A DNA stretch of 41,021 nt, taken from IMG/VR virus record IMGVR_UViG_3300048599_000828, positions 1-41,021 of that record. One strand, 5' to 3'. The number at the start of each line of letters is the position of its first letter. Positions within the stretch are counted from its first letter, which is position 1. This document shows positions 1-6,370 of the stretch, piece after piece. The position numbers and the translations under genes were made by a program. Under the pieces are notes generated by a model. The model searched no databases. It was given only the letters and a program-made list of their open reading frames with translations, and had not been told where the DNA came from. The stretch comes from a virus (taxonomy: Duplodnaviria; Caudoviricetes).

Positions 1-234
1 ATGAGACTACGATCTGTGCTGGCGGCGAATCTACGCCGAGAAATGTCAGTGCGAAGCCTGACGCAGGTTGAGTTGTCTCGACGGTGCGATATCGCGCAAC
101 CACATATTTCCGCGTTGCTTAACGAGAAGAGCAGCACGACGATCGACACCGTGGAGCGCATCGCGTCCGCACTGGATATTTCGGCGGCTTCTTTGCTGCT
201 GCCGATTTCCGGCGAAGTCCTCTTGACTACCTAG
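1..234 (+). CDS. XRE/Cro-like HTH transcriptional regulator
   Basis: 77 aa; pattern LAANLRREM..LTQVELSRRCDIAQPHISALLNEKSSTTIDTVERIASALDI matches HTH_XRE. Confidence 0.88.
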   Translation: MRLRSVLAANLRREMSVRSLTQVELSRRCDIAQPHISALLNEKSSTTIDTVERIASALDISAASLLLPISGEVLLTT

Positions 235-250
235 AGATATTCTGTATATT
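223..250 (+). promoter_or_regulatory. Putative sigma70-type promoter (TTGACT-16 bp-TATATT)
   Basis: TTGACT at 223-228 and TATATT at 245-250 in a locally AT-rich patch just before the structured leader. Confidence 0.5.
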
Positions 251-251
251 G

Positions 252-470
252 GCCGGTGATGTGATTCACCGGCGCTCTTTAGCTCACATCTGAGCTACCG
301 GGTGCCAAGCACCGTTCGAGACGGTGTCACGCCGCACGACTGTGGCGTGGCCTGCCGGGATGCACCCGATCATGGATGCGCGTCTGACGACATGCGCCGA
401 TTTCTCACGCGTAGGAGTGACCTACGCTATTGGATGGGATCGGCACGCATTGTGGGGTGGCATCCATGAT
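252..470 (+). ncRNA. Highly structured leader / putative small RNA upstream of the recombinase
   Basis: Successive inverted repeats at 252-273, 280-297, 310-326, 328-349, 356-368, 392-401/439-450 and 409-427, plus an 11-bp long-range pair 369-379/460-470 that covers the ATG at 466. Confidence 0.5.
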
Positions 471-1350
471 TGTTGCATCGACGATTTCCGGCTACCTGGA
501 GGGCATCTACCTCCGGGAGAATTTTGGTCTTTCGGATGGCTATGTGGCGGAACTTCGCCGGGCCGTTCGCCAATTTTGCTCGCATTGCGGGTTCGAACCG
601 ACCGTCGACGAACTCTGCCCGCACCTCTTTTCCGGCTGGCTGAAATCACTGCTCGATGCTGGGCTTGCTCCTGCGACCATCAACAACAAGCGTCGGATGC
701 TGATGACAGTCTGGAAGGCGGCTTGTCGCTGGAAGCGATTGCCCAGGCCGAAGACGCGATCTGTCAAGAAGCTTGTGGAACCGTCGCCGATTCCGACCGC
801 GTGGACTCCAGACCAATGCGCTCGGATCTTCGACGCGTGCCGTCGCTTGCGAGGTTCGATTGCCGGTGTTCCGCGGGCAGCCTGGTGGCTGTCGCTGTTT
901 CTGGCGGTCTACTCGTGCGGGGAGCGGATTCGAGCGGTTCGGTTGGCGAAAACTCTGGATTGCGACATCGACGCCGGAACGATTTTACTGCGGTGGTCGA
1001 CGGTCAAGACAAGGAAAAATCGCCAGGTGTGGCTGACACCAGATGCGGTGTCGGCGATCCGGAGCATCTACTCGCCAACCAGAGAATTGCTTTGGCCGTG
1101 GCCATATGGGAAGAGGCATTTCTTCAGGCAGGCCAGAAGGATCATCGAGTCGGCCGGAGTTCCATGCCCGAAGGGCGAGGGAAAGAACCTGTTCCAACGG
1201 ATGCGTCGAACATCGGGAAGCTTGGTCGAGGCTGCTGGCGGAGACGGTGCGAGGCATCTTGGGAACACGCGGCAGGTATTCGAGAAGCACTATCGAGCCG
1301 CCGACATCTGCGGAGCTTCCCAGGTGCATCTACTTCCGGTCCCTCGCTGA
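466..1350 (+). CDS. Tyrosine recombinase/integrase family protein with atypical catalytic motifs
   Basis: SAM-like N domain (GLAPATINNKRRML); box I SCGERIRAV (Arg), VKTRK (Lys), FQRMRRT (HxxR-like), HLGN, C-terminal KHY. Start could be 430. Confidence 0.85.
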   Translation: MIVASTISGYLEGIYLRENFGLSDGYVAELRRAVRQFCSHCGFEPTVDELCPHLFSGWLKSLLDAGLAPATINNKRRMLMTVWKAACRWKRLPRPKTRSVKKLVEPSPIPTAWTPDQCARIFDACRRLRGSIAGVPRAAWWLSLFLAVYSCGERIRAVRLAKTLDCDIDAGTILLRWSTVKTRKNRQVWLTPDAVSAIRSIYSPTRELLWPWPYGKRHFFRQARRIIESAGVPCPKGEGKNLFQRMRRTSGSLVEAAGGDGARHLGNTRQVFEKHYRAADICGASQVHLLPVPR

Positions 1351-1398
1351 ATAGCGGTGGCCGTCTAGAAATCTCACACCCGGCACGGAGGCCAGGCC

Positions 1399-1869
1399 AT
1401 GCACGGCGCTAACCGCGCTCGCTCTGCGCTCACGCCCCGCCAGCGCGACATCCTCTCGCACATCGAGCGGTTCACCGCCGACGCCGGACACAGCCCCAAC
1501 GACCACCAACTCAGCCTGATGGCCGGACTTTCGCTCTCGGCCGTCCAGGGGCACCTGCGTCAGTTGAAACGTCTTGGGTCCATCGAGAGCGATCCAGCCG
1601 GGCCGCGTCGTGGGTGCGTGAGGATCGTCCAGTCGCCACTTCTGGCGTCACTGCCGGTGAACATTGCCGAGCCCGAATCTGGCCACACGTACGAGGAGGC
1701 ACGGAAGGACATTGGATTGTTCCTGGGGTTGATTCTGCTGGCTGCCCTGCTGGCCCTCCAGGGCTGCCGCGTGACCCAGGAATACTCGGTCAGCTACGAG
1801 CACCGTGAGGCCAGCGGCGAGGTTGTGAAGGCCGCGTGGAAGCTTTGCACAGAGGAGCCTAAGCGATGA
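1399..1869 (+). CDS. LexA-type winged-HTH N-terminal domain fused to a hydrophobic/lipobox-like segment
   Basis: LTPRQRDILSHI..GHSP....LS..AGLS.SAVQGHLRQLKRLGSIE matches the LexA DNA-binding domain. No S24 peptidase domain. TM-like IGLFLGLILLAALLALQGC. GGAGG RBS. Confidence 0.7.
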   Translation: MHGANRARSALTPRQRDILSHIERFTADAGHSPNDHQLSLMAGLSLSAVQGHLRQLKRLGSIESDPAGPRRGCVRIVQSPLLASLPVNIAEPESGHTYEEARKDIGLFLGLILLAALLALQGCRVTQEYSVSYEHREASGEVVKAAWKLCTEEPKR

Positions 1870-2048
1870 ACCAACCTGAATCGACAAAGCCCGACGACAC
1901 GATCCTCGTCAACGGCGTCCAGATCCGCCGGGAGCAGACCGGCAGCGGCGCGCCGGACAACCCCGGCCTGCGGCTCGGTAACGTCCGGGTCAGCCGGGCG
2001 ATCGTCGGAGGGCGGCCCAACTATCGGGCGCCATTCTACGTGCGGTGA
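1866..2048 (+). CDS. Hypothetical protein
   Basis: ATGA overlap with the upstream stop codon; 60 aa. Confidence 0.5.
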   Translation: MNQPESTKPDDTILVNGVQIRREQTGSGAPDNPGLRLGNVRVSRAIVGGRPNYRAPFYVR

Positions 2049-2072
2049 AACAGCCGGGCGTGTGACCCGGCA

Positions 2073-2113
2073 CCGGCCAGGCCGTGGCCTATCACTGGGG
2101 GCGGCCTGGCCGG
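2073..2113 (+). other. Strong intergenic hairpin (terminator/attenuator-like)
   Basis: Perfect 12-bp IR CCGGCCAGGCCG/CGGCCTGGCCGG; a T-rich tract follows about 10 nt later; a smaller hairpin lies just upstream. Confidence 0.45.
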
Positions 2114-2165
2114 ATGGAAATGGTTTGTTTTTCGTTCCACTAGCAGCGACACGGAGAGAAACGAG

Positions 2166-2453
2166 ATGGCAAAGGCAAAAGAGCGAGCGGTGATCGTTAC
2201 GACTTCCCACCGGGGCGTGTTCTTCGGATACGCGACCGACACGAGCGGCGACACGATCAAGTTGAAGCGTGCCCGCAACTGCGTGTATTGGTCGTCGGAC
2301 TGCAAGGGGTTTATGGGGCTCGCGTCCCAGGGCCCCACGGAGGCGTGCCGGATCGGTCCGGCAGCGGACATTGAACTGCGGAACGTCACCGCGGTTTTGG
2401 AGGTCACCGCGGACGCTGCCGCGCGGTGGGAATCCGCCCCCTGGCGATCGTGA
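2166..2453 (+). CDS. DUF6948-like small phage protein
   Basis: VIVTTSHRGVFFG...IKLKRARNCVYW...GLASQGP matches the recalled family; RBS GGAG; the usual neighbour is a Gly-rich repeat gene, as here. Confidence 0.7.
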   Translation: MAKAKERAVIVTTSHRGVFFGYATDTSGDTIKLKRARNCVYWSSDCKGFMGLASQGPTEACRIGPAADIELRNVTAVLEVTADAAARWESAPWRS

Positions 2454-2461
2454 GGTGCAAG

Positions 2462-2878
2462 ATGCAGGTTACCGCAGAGATCGCGGAACGCGCGAAGCGC
2501 TACGGAGCGTGCAAGGCACCGAAGGCCGGAACTCCGATTGAGCGACTTTCGTTCAGCCAGCTTGTGTGGGCTGAGAACAACCGACTGCTGACCAGAGACG
2601 AGGAAGAATCGCTCGTCCAGCCGGAGGCTCTGGTGCATGGGAAATTGCCGTTGTGGGCTTTCTCCGGCTACGGCTACGGCTCCGGCTACGGCTCCGGCTA
2701 CGGCTCCGGCTCCGGCTACGGCGACGGCTCCGGCTACGGCTCCGGCTACGGCTCCGGCTACGGCTACGGCGACGGCTACGGCTCCGGCTACGGCTCCGGC
2801 TACGGCTCCGGCTACGGCTCCGGCTACGGCTACGGCTCCGGCTACGGCTCCGGCTACGGCTCCGGCGACGGCCGCTGA
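2462..2878 (+). CDS. Protein with C-terminal (Y/S/D)G low-complexity repeat
   Basis: GAGG RBS upstream of ATG 2462; about 67-aa unique N-terminus followed by 35 xG dipeptides. Confidence 0.7.
   Translation: MQVTAEIAERAKRYGACKAPKAGTPIERLSFSQLVWAENNRLLTRDEEESLVQPEALVHGKLPLWAFSGYGYGSGYGSGYGSGSGYGDGSGYGSGYGSGYGYGDGYGSGYGSGYGSGYGSGYGYGSGYGSGYGSGDGR
2663..2872 (+). repeat. Hexanucleotide tandem array (TACGGC/TCCGGC/GACGGC) x35
   Basis: Read directly; only three unit types, no synonymous variation. Confidence 0.97.
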
Positions 2879-2992
2879 CCGCAACACAGGACCGCTGCGG
2901 CGGAGCCGTAGCGGACGGACTGGCACGACGCCAGGAGACAGGACAGCCTGCCGCTGTGACGGAACGCGGCGGCCGGAAACAGGAGGTTCGAC
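2879..2992 (+). promoter_or_regulatory. GGA-motif hairpin array (putative CsrA-binding leader or CsrB/RsmZ-like RNA)
   Basis: Nine GGA in 114 nt (2889, 2902, 2913, 2917, 2934, 2941, 2961, 2975, 2982); GGA loop in hairpin 2892-2914; ACGGAA hexaloop in hairpin 2950-2973; last GGA is the SD of csrA. Confidence 0.65.
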
Positions 2993-3163
2993 ATGCTGGT
3001 TCTGCAGCGAGACATCGACCAGGCAATCGTGATCGGCGGCGTGGTGGTGGTGCGCGTAGTGGACATTCGAGGCGGCCACGTCAAGCTCGGGATCGAGGCG
3101 CCAAGGGACGTGACGGTTCACCGCGAGGAAATCCAAGGCCAATCGCCGAGGGTAAAGCCATGA
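2993..3163 (+). CDS. csrA: Carbon storage regulator CsrA/RsmA family RNA-binding protein (56 aa, absent from ORF track)
   Basis: Own translation: MLVLQRDIDQAIVIGGVVVVRVVDIRGGHVKLGIEAPRDVTVHREEIQGQSPRVKP, colinear with CsrA (L2, L4, R6, G33, A36-P37, H43-R44-E45-E46); AGGAGG RBS at 2981-2986. Confidence 0.93.
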   Translation: MLVLQRDIDQAIVIGGVVVVRVVDIRGGHVKLGIEAPRDVTVHREEIQGQSPRVKP

Positions 3164-4122
3164 ATCCGGTCGGACAGGAACGGACGCAGGCCGGGCCATC
3201 CGACGTTGCGGAACACGTCACGAATGGCCAGCAGCAACGCGAGACGATTTGGGCGCCGCCAGGTCGAGCGGTCCACGTCGACATGCCAAACGATCGATAC
3301 CACCGCCTCGGCAATTGGTCTCACAGCCAACTCAAATACCTGCCCGAAGAGCCCGAGTCGTTCGAATGGAAGTTCATCCTACGCCGCGAACTGTTCGAGC
3401 CGACGCGAGCGATGATTAAAGGCACCGCCTTTCACGCGTGGCTGCTGGAAGGAATCACGCCCACCGAGGTTCCGGCCGACTACCTCACGAAATCAGGCGG
3501 GGTGCGGCCTGGAGGATGGGACGCGATCGCCGCCGACTTGCCGGGCGTTCCGGTTCTCAAGGCCGACGAACTGGTAGAGCTCCGCTACGCTCGGGAGAAC
3601 TGCTACAAGGATCCGGAGATCCGTGCATACCTGGAGACAGCCGGCTGGGTAGAGCATTCCCTCTTCGCGGTCGACGACCTGACCGGACTTCCGACGCGTG
3701 TCCGCCTCGACAAGCTCTGCCGATTCGCCGACGGCCTGGAATGCCTCGACCTGAAATTCAGCGGCGGCTGCGATGACCGCTGGATCGAGCAGCAGGTCAC
3801 CAAGATGTCCTACTACAGCCAGGCTGGCATGTACTGGGACCACGTCGAGCGTGCCTACGAGACACCCAAGCGATGGGTCTTTCTGTTCGTCGAGAACACA
3901 GCACCGTTCCGTGCTCGCCTCAAGGAGCTTGGCGGCCACGACGTGGAGCTCGGGCTGCGTCACACGCGGATTCAGTTGGCTGACCTCAAGGCCCGCATCG
4001 ACGCCGACAACTGGAACGGACACGGGTTTGGAATCGTCGGCATCACGCAGGTCGCCAAGTGGAAATGGGACGAGAACCCAAGCCCCGTCCAGCCGTTTGA
4101 AGAATTCACCCCCTACAAGTAA
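3160..4122 (+). CDS. PD-(D/E)XK exonuclease, RecE/ExoVIII-like (DUF3799 type)
   Basis: YH...SHSQLK, GTAFHAWLLE, RVRLDKL..CLDLK, YYSQAGMY motifs. True start is ATG 3160 overlapping the csrA stop; the ORF-track extension through the repeat is artefactual. Confidence 0.85.
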   Translation: MNPVGQERTQAGPSDVAEHVTNGQQQRETIWAPPGRAVHVDMPNDRYHRLGNWSHSQLKYLPEEPESFEWKFILRRELFEPTRAMIKGTAFHAWLLEGITPTEVPADYLTKSGGVRPGGWDAIAADLPGVPVLKADELVELRYARENCYKDPEIRAYLETAGWVEHSLFAVDDLTGLPTRVRLDKLCRFADGLECLDLKFSGGCDDRWIEQQVTKMSYYSQAGMYWDHVERAYETPKRWVFLFVENTAPFRARLKELGGHDVELGLRHTRIQLADLKARIDADNWNGHGFGIVGITQVAKWKWDENPSPVQPFEEFTPYK

Positions 4123-4149
4123 CCCGCTTTTCCCAAGGAGAGTCGTTAC

Positions 4150-5247
4150 ATGGCAAGCGTCCCCGCAACACGTCCGCAAGCGAACCTTCCCGCGATCGCA
4201 CCGTCGCGGCTTCCGTACCACCCTGCCGCAGAGAAACACTACGGCATCGACCCAACGACCTGGCGGGCCCTAGTGGAGTCGACATTCCCATCGGCCAAGA
4301 CGCCCGAGGCCGTCCTCCTGGCCCTGTCCTACTGCAAGGCCCGCCGGCTCGACCCGTTCAAGCGGCCGGTGCACATCGTTCCCATCTGGGACAAGGAGCG
4401 AAGGTGCTACGTCGAGACCGTTTGGCCTGGAATCGGCGAATACCGCACCACGGCTTTTCGCACCAAGCAGTACGCCGGCCACGACCCGGCCGAGTTCGGC
4501 CCGATGGTCAAGAAGACCTGGCCGGACGGCGACGGCGAGGTGACGGTCGAGTTCCCGGAGTGGGCTCAGATGACCGTATATCGGTTGATCGACGGCCAGC
4601 GGTTCCCATTCCCCGGGCCGCGTGTCTATTGGATGGAGACTTACGCCTCGAAGAAGAGCGGCGCTCCCAACCAAATGTGGACCGACTCGCCCACAGGAAT
4701 GATCGGCAAGTGCGCGGAAGCGGCAGCGTTGCGCGGGGCGTTTCCCGAGGAGATCGGCGACTGGACTGCCGACGAGGCGAGTGAGCGGTTCCTGCAAGGC
4801 CGCGCGAGCGTTGAGATCCGCGAGAACGGCACGGCGTCCCGGGCCGCGTCGGTGATCATCGACGAACCGAAGCCGGATTCGCTGCCGAACCCCGAGGCGG
4901 CCCGGCAGGCCCCACAGCAGCCCGCCCCCGAGCCCGAGGAAGCCACCGAGACCGCCGACGACCAGCAGGAGCCGGCCGGCGATCCAGAAGCCACCCAATC
5001 CGACACGCGGCAGCCGTCGCAGGAGGATCGCGCCAACGCATTGGCGATCTACGACGGGAAAATCGAGGACTGCACCACGGCCGCCGACCTCGACGAGCTC
5101 GCCCAGGACATCGAGACCGACCCGGCACTGATCGAGATCGACCGCGGGCCGCTGCGGGCGATGATCGCGAAGCGTCGGGAGGCCATCGCGTCGCAACCGC
5201 GGTCCGCCACGCGGGCCAGGAAGCCGTCGCAGAAATCGGTGTTCTAG
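4150..5247 (+). CDS. bet: Single-strand annealing recombinase, Bet/RecT family
   Basis: CKARRLDPFKRPVHIVP, GIGEYRTTAFRT, MIGKCAEAAALRGAFPEEIG; acidic linker and helical C-terminal domain; downstream of exonuclease; AAGGAG RBS. Confidence 0.88.
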   Translation: MASVPATRPQANLPAIAPSRLPYHPAAEKHYGIDPTTWRALVESTFPSAKTPEAVLLALSYCKARRLDPFKRPVHIVPIWDKERRCYVETVWPGIGEYRTTAFRTKQYAGHDPAEFGPMVKKTWPDGDGEVTVEFPEWAQMTVYRLIDGQRFPFPGPRVYWMETYASKKSGAPNQMWTDSPTGMIGKCAEAAALRGAFPEEIGDWTADEASERFLQGRASVEIRENGTASRAASVIIDEPKPDSLPNPEAARQAPQQPAPEPEEATETADDQQEPAGDPEATQSDTRQPSQEDRANALAIYDGKIEDCTTAADLDELAQDIETDPALIEIDRGPLRAMIAKRREAIASQPRSATRARKPSQKSVF

Positions 5248-5257
5248 GAGGCCAATC

Positions 5258-5473
5258 ATGCAGCTTGCGGAGCCTGGTATCGAAATCCTGGCGGTCCAGA
5301 AGGGAAGCGAGACGTACATCGTGCTGTGGGACGATCGTACGCCGACAAGCACCGTAACGCACCACGTCGGCCGCTGGGCCGCAGACCCAAGCCTGTCGTT
5401 TACGTGGTACGACGCCGCGATCGCGTGCCAGGCCGTCAGCAGGCGGCAAGACGGGAACTGTTCAGGGAGGTAG
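5258..5473 (+). CDS. Conserved hypothetical protein (Planctomycete-type)
   Basis: AGGAGG RBS; motif LAVQKGSETYIVLWDD...GRWAADPSLSFTWYDAA, recalled from Planctomycete proteins. Confidence 0.65.
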   Translation: MQLAEPGIEILAVQKGSETYIVLWDDRTPTSTVTHHVGRWAADPSLSFTWYDAAIACQAVSRRQDGNCSGR

Positions 5474-5475
5474 CC

Positions 5476-5769
5476 ATGCCCTTTATCGAGCTCACCATCA
5501 CCACCGACACGGCCGAGGCCGAGTACCGCGTATTCTACGCCACGTCTCAGGAGGTCCCTGCGGGAAACGACGGCCCGGGCTATGGCGGCCTGGACATCGC
5601 CGGAGTGCACTGCGTCGCTATTCGGCAGCACGGCTCCATGCCGCTCGTCGGCCAGGTGCTGGACGCGATCCAGGCCGACATGGTCGCCGGGTTCTGGAGG
5701 CGGTACAGCCACGCCGAGGTGCTGGAGCTTTGCGCGGCGGACGCGGCGGGGAAGGCGGTGGTGGTATGA
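5476..5769 (+). CDS. Hypothetical protein
   Basis: GGGAGG RBS before ATG 5476; stop overlaps next start. Confidence 0.6.
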   Translation: MPFIELTITTDTAEAEYRVFYATSQEVPAGNDGPGYGGLDIAGVHCVAIRQHGSMPLVGQVLDAIQADMVAGFWRRYSHAEVLELCAADAAGKAVVV

Positions 5770-6368
5770 GCTCGCAGAGAAAGCCCATCGGGAAACGATT
5801 GCGTTTCGAGATATTCAAGCGCGATGGGTTTACCTGCCAGTACTGCGGCGGCAGGCCTCCCGCTGTCGTACTCCAGGTCGATCACGTCATCGCAGTATCG
5901 CATGGCGGAACGAACGAGATCGAAAACCTTATCACCGCCTGTTTCGAGTGCAACTCTGGAAAATCGGACAGGAATCTGGCGGACGTACCTGATTCGATCA
6001 AGCAGAAGATCGCAAGGCAAAGAGAGTCGTCCGAGCAGATTTCCGAGTACTACAAGTTTCTGGAGCAGGCGAGACAGGAACGCGAGCGTGTTGTCGGAGA
6101 GCTCGGATCGTACTGGTGCGACTCGATTGTCTCGAAGTCGGAACGCGGTCAGTGGACGTGGTCTCAAGACAGGAAGCGTTCCGCGCGCCGGTTCTTGCAG
6201 TCACTGAACCCGAACGAAATCCGCGATGCCATTGACCTGGCGATCTTGCGACTAGCCCCCTCCCTTGACGACGACTCCGCGGCCTGGAAGTACTTTTGCG
6301 GCATCTGCTGGAGCAAGATCCGCGAATCTCGAAGCGATTGCCGCAGGACGATTTACGACGAGTTCTAA
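5766..6368 (+). CDS. HNH endonuclease
   Basis: RFEIFKRDGFTCQYCG...LQVDHVIAVSHGGTNEIENLITACFECNSGK. Confidence 0.93.
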   Translation: MSSQRKPIGKRLRFEIFKRDGFTCQYCGGRPPAVVLQVDHVIAVSHGGTNEIENLITACFECNSGKSDRNLADVPDSIKQKIARQRESSEQISEYYKFLEQARQERERVVGELGSYWCDSIVSKSERGQWTWSQDRKRSARRFLQSLNPNEIRDAIDLAILRLAPSLDDDSAAWKYFCGICWSKIRESRSDCRRTIYDEF

Positions 6369-6370
6369 GC

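Noticed and set aside
271-336. tRNA gene candidate (TAGCTCA, GTTCGAGAC)
   Set aside because: Too short, acceptor stem pairs only 4 bp, anticodon arm overlaps the T stem, no CCA; kept only as part of a structured leader
324-1412. 362-aa overlapping + strand ORF
   Set aside because: No motifs; overlaps the recombinase in another frame, as expected in high-GC DNA
2663-2872. CRISPR array or DGR template
   Set aside because: No unique spacers, no cas genes, no reverse transcriptase and no second template copy seen
2653-3159. ORF-track N-terminal poly(RL) extension of the exonuclease
   Set aside because: Artefact of the stop-free hexamer repeat; the interval is better explained by the GY protein, the GGA leader and csrA, and the nuclease starts at 3160
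2036-3199. Minus-strand poly(AV/AG) and poly(RS) ORFs
   Set aside because: Shadow frames of the repeat, antisense to clear + strand genes
5766-6368. HNH as a defence system or mobile homing element
   Set aside because: No intron/intein signs or partner genes; HNH genes next to replication initiators are common in phages
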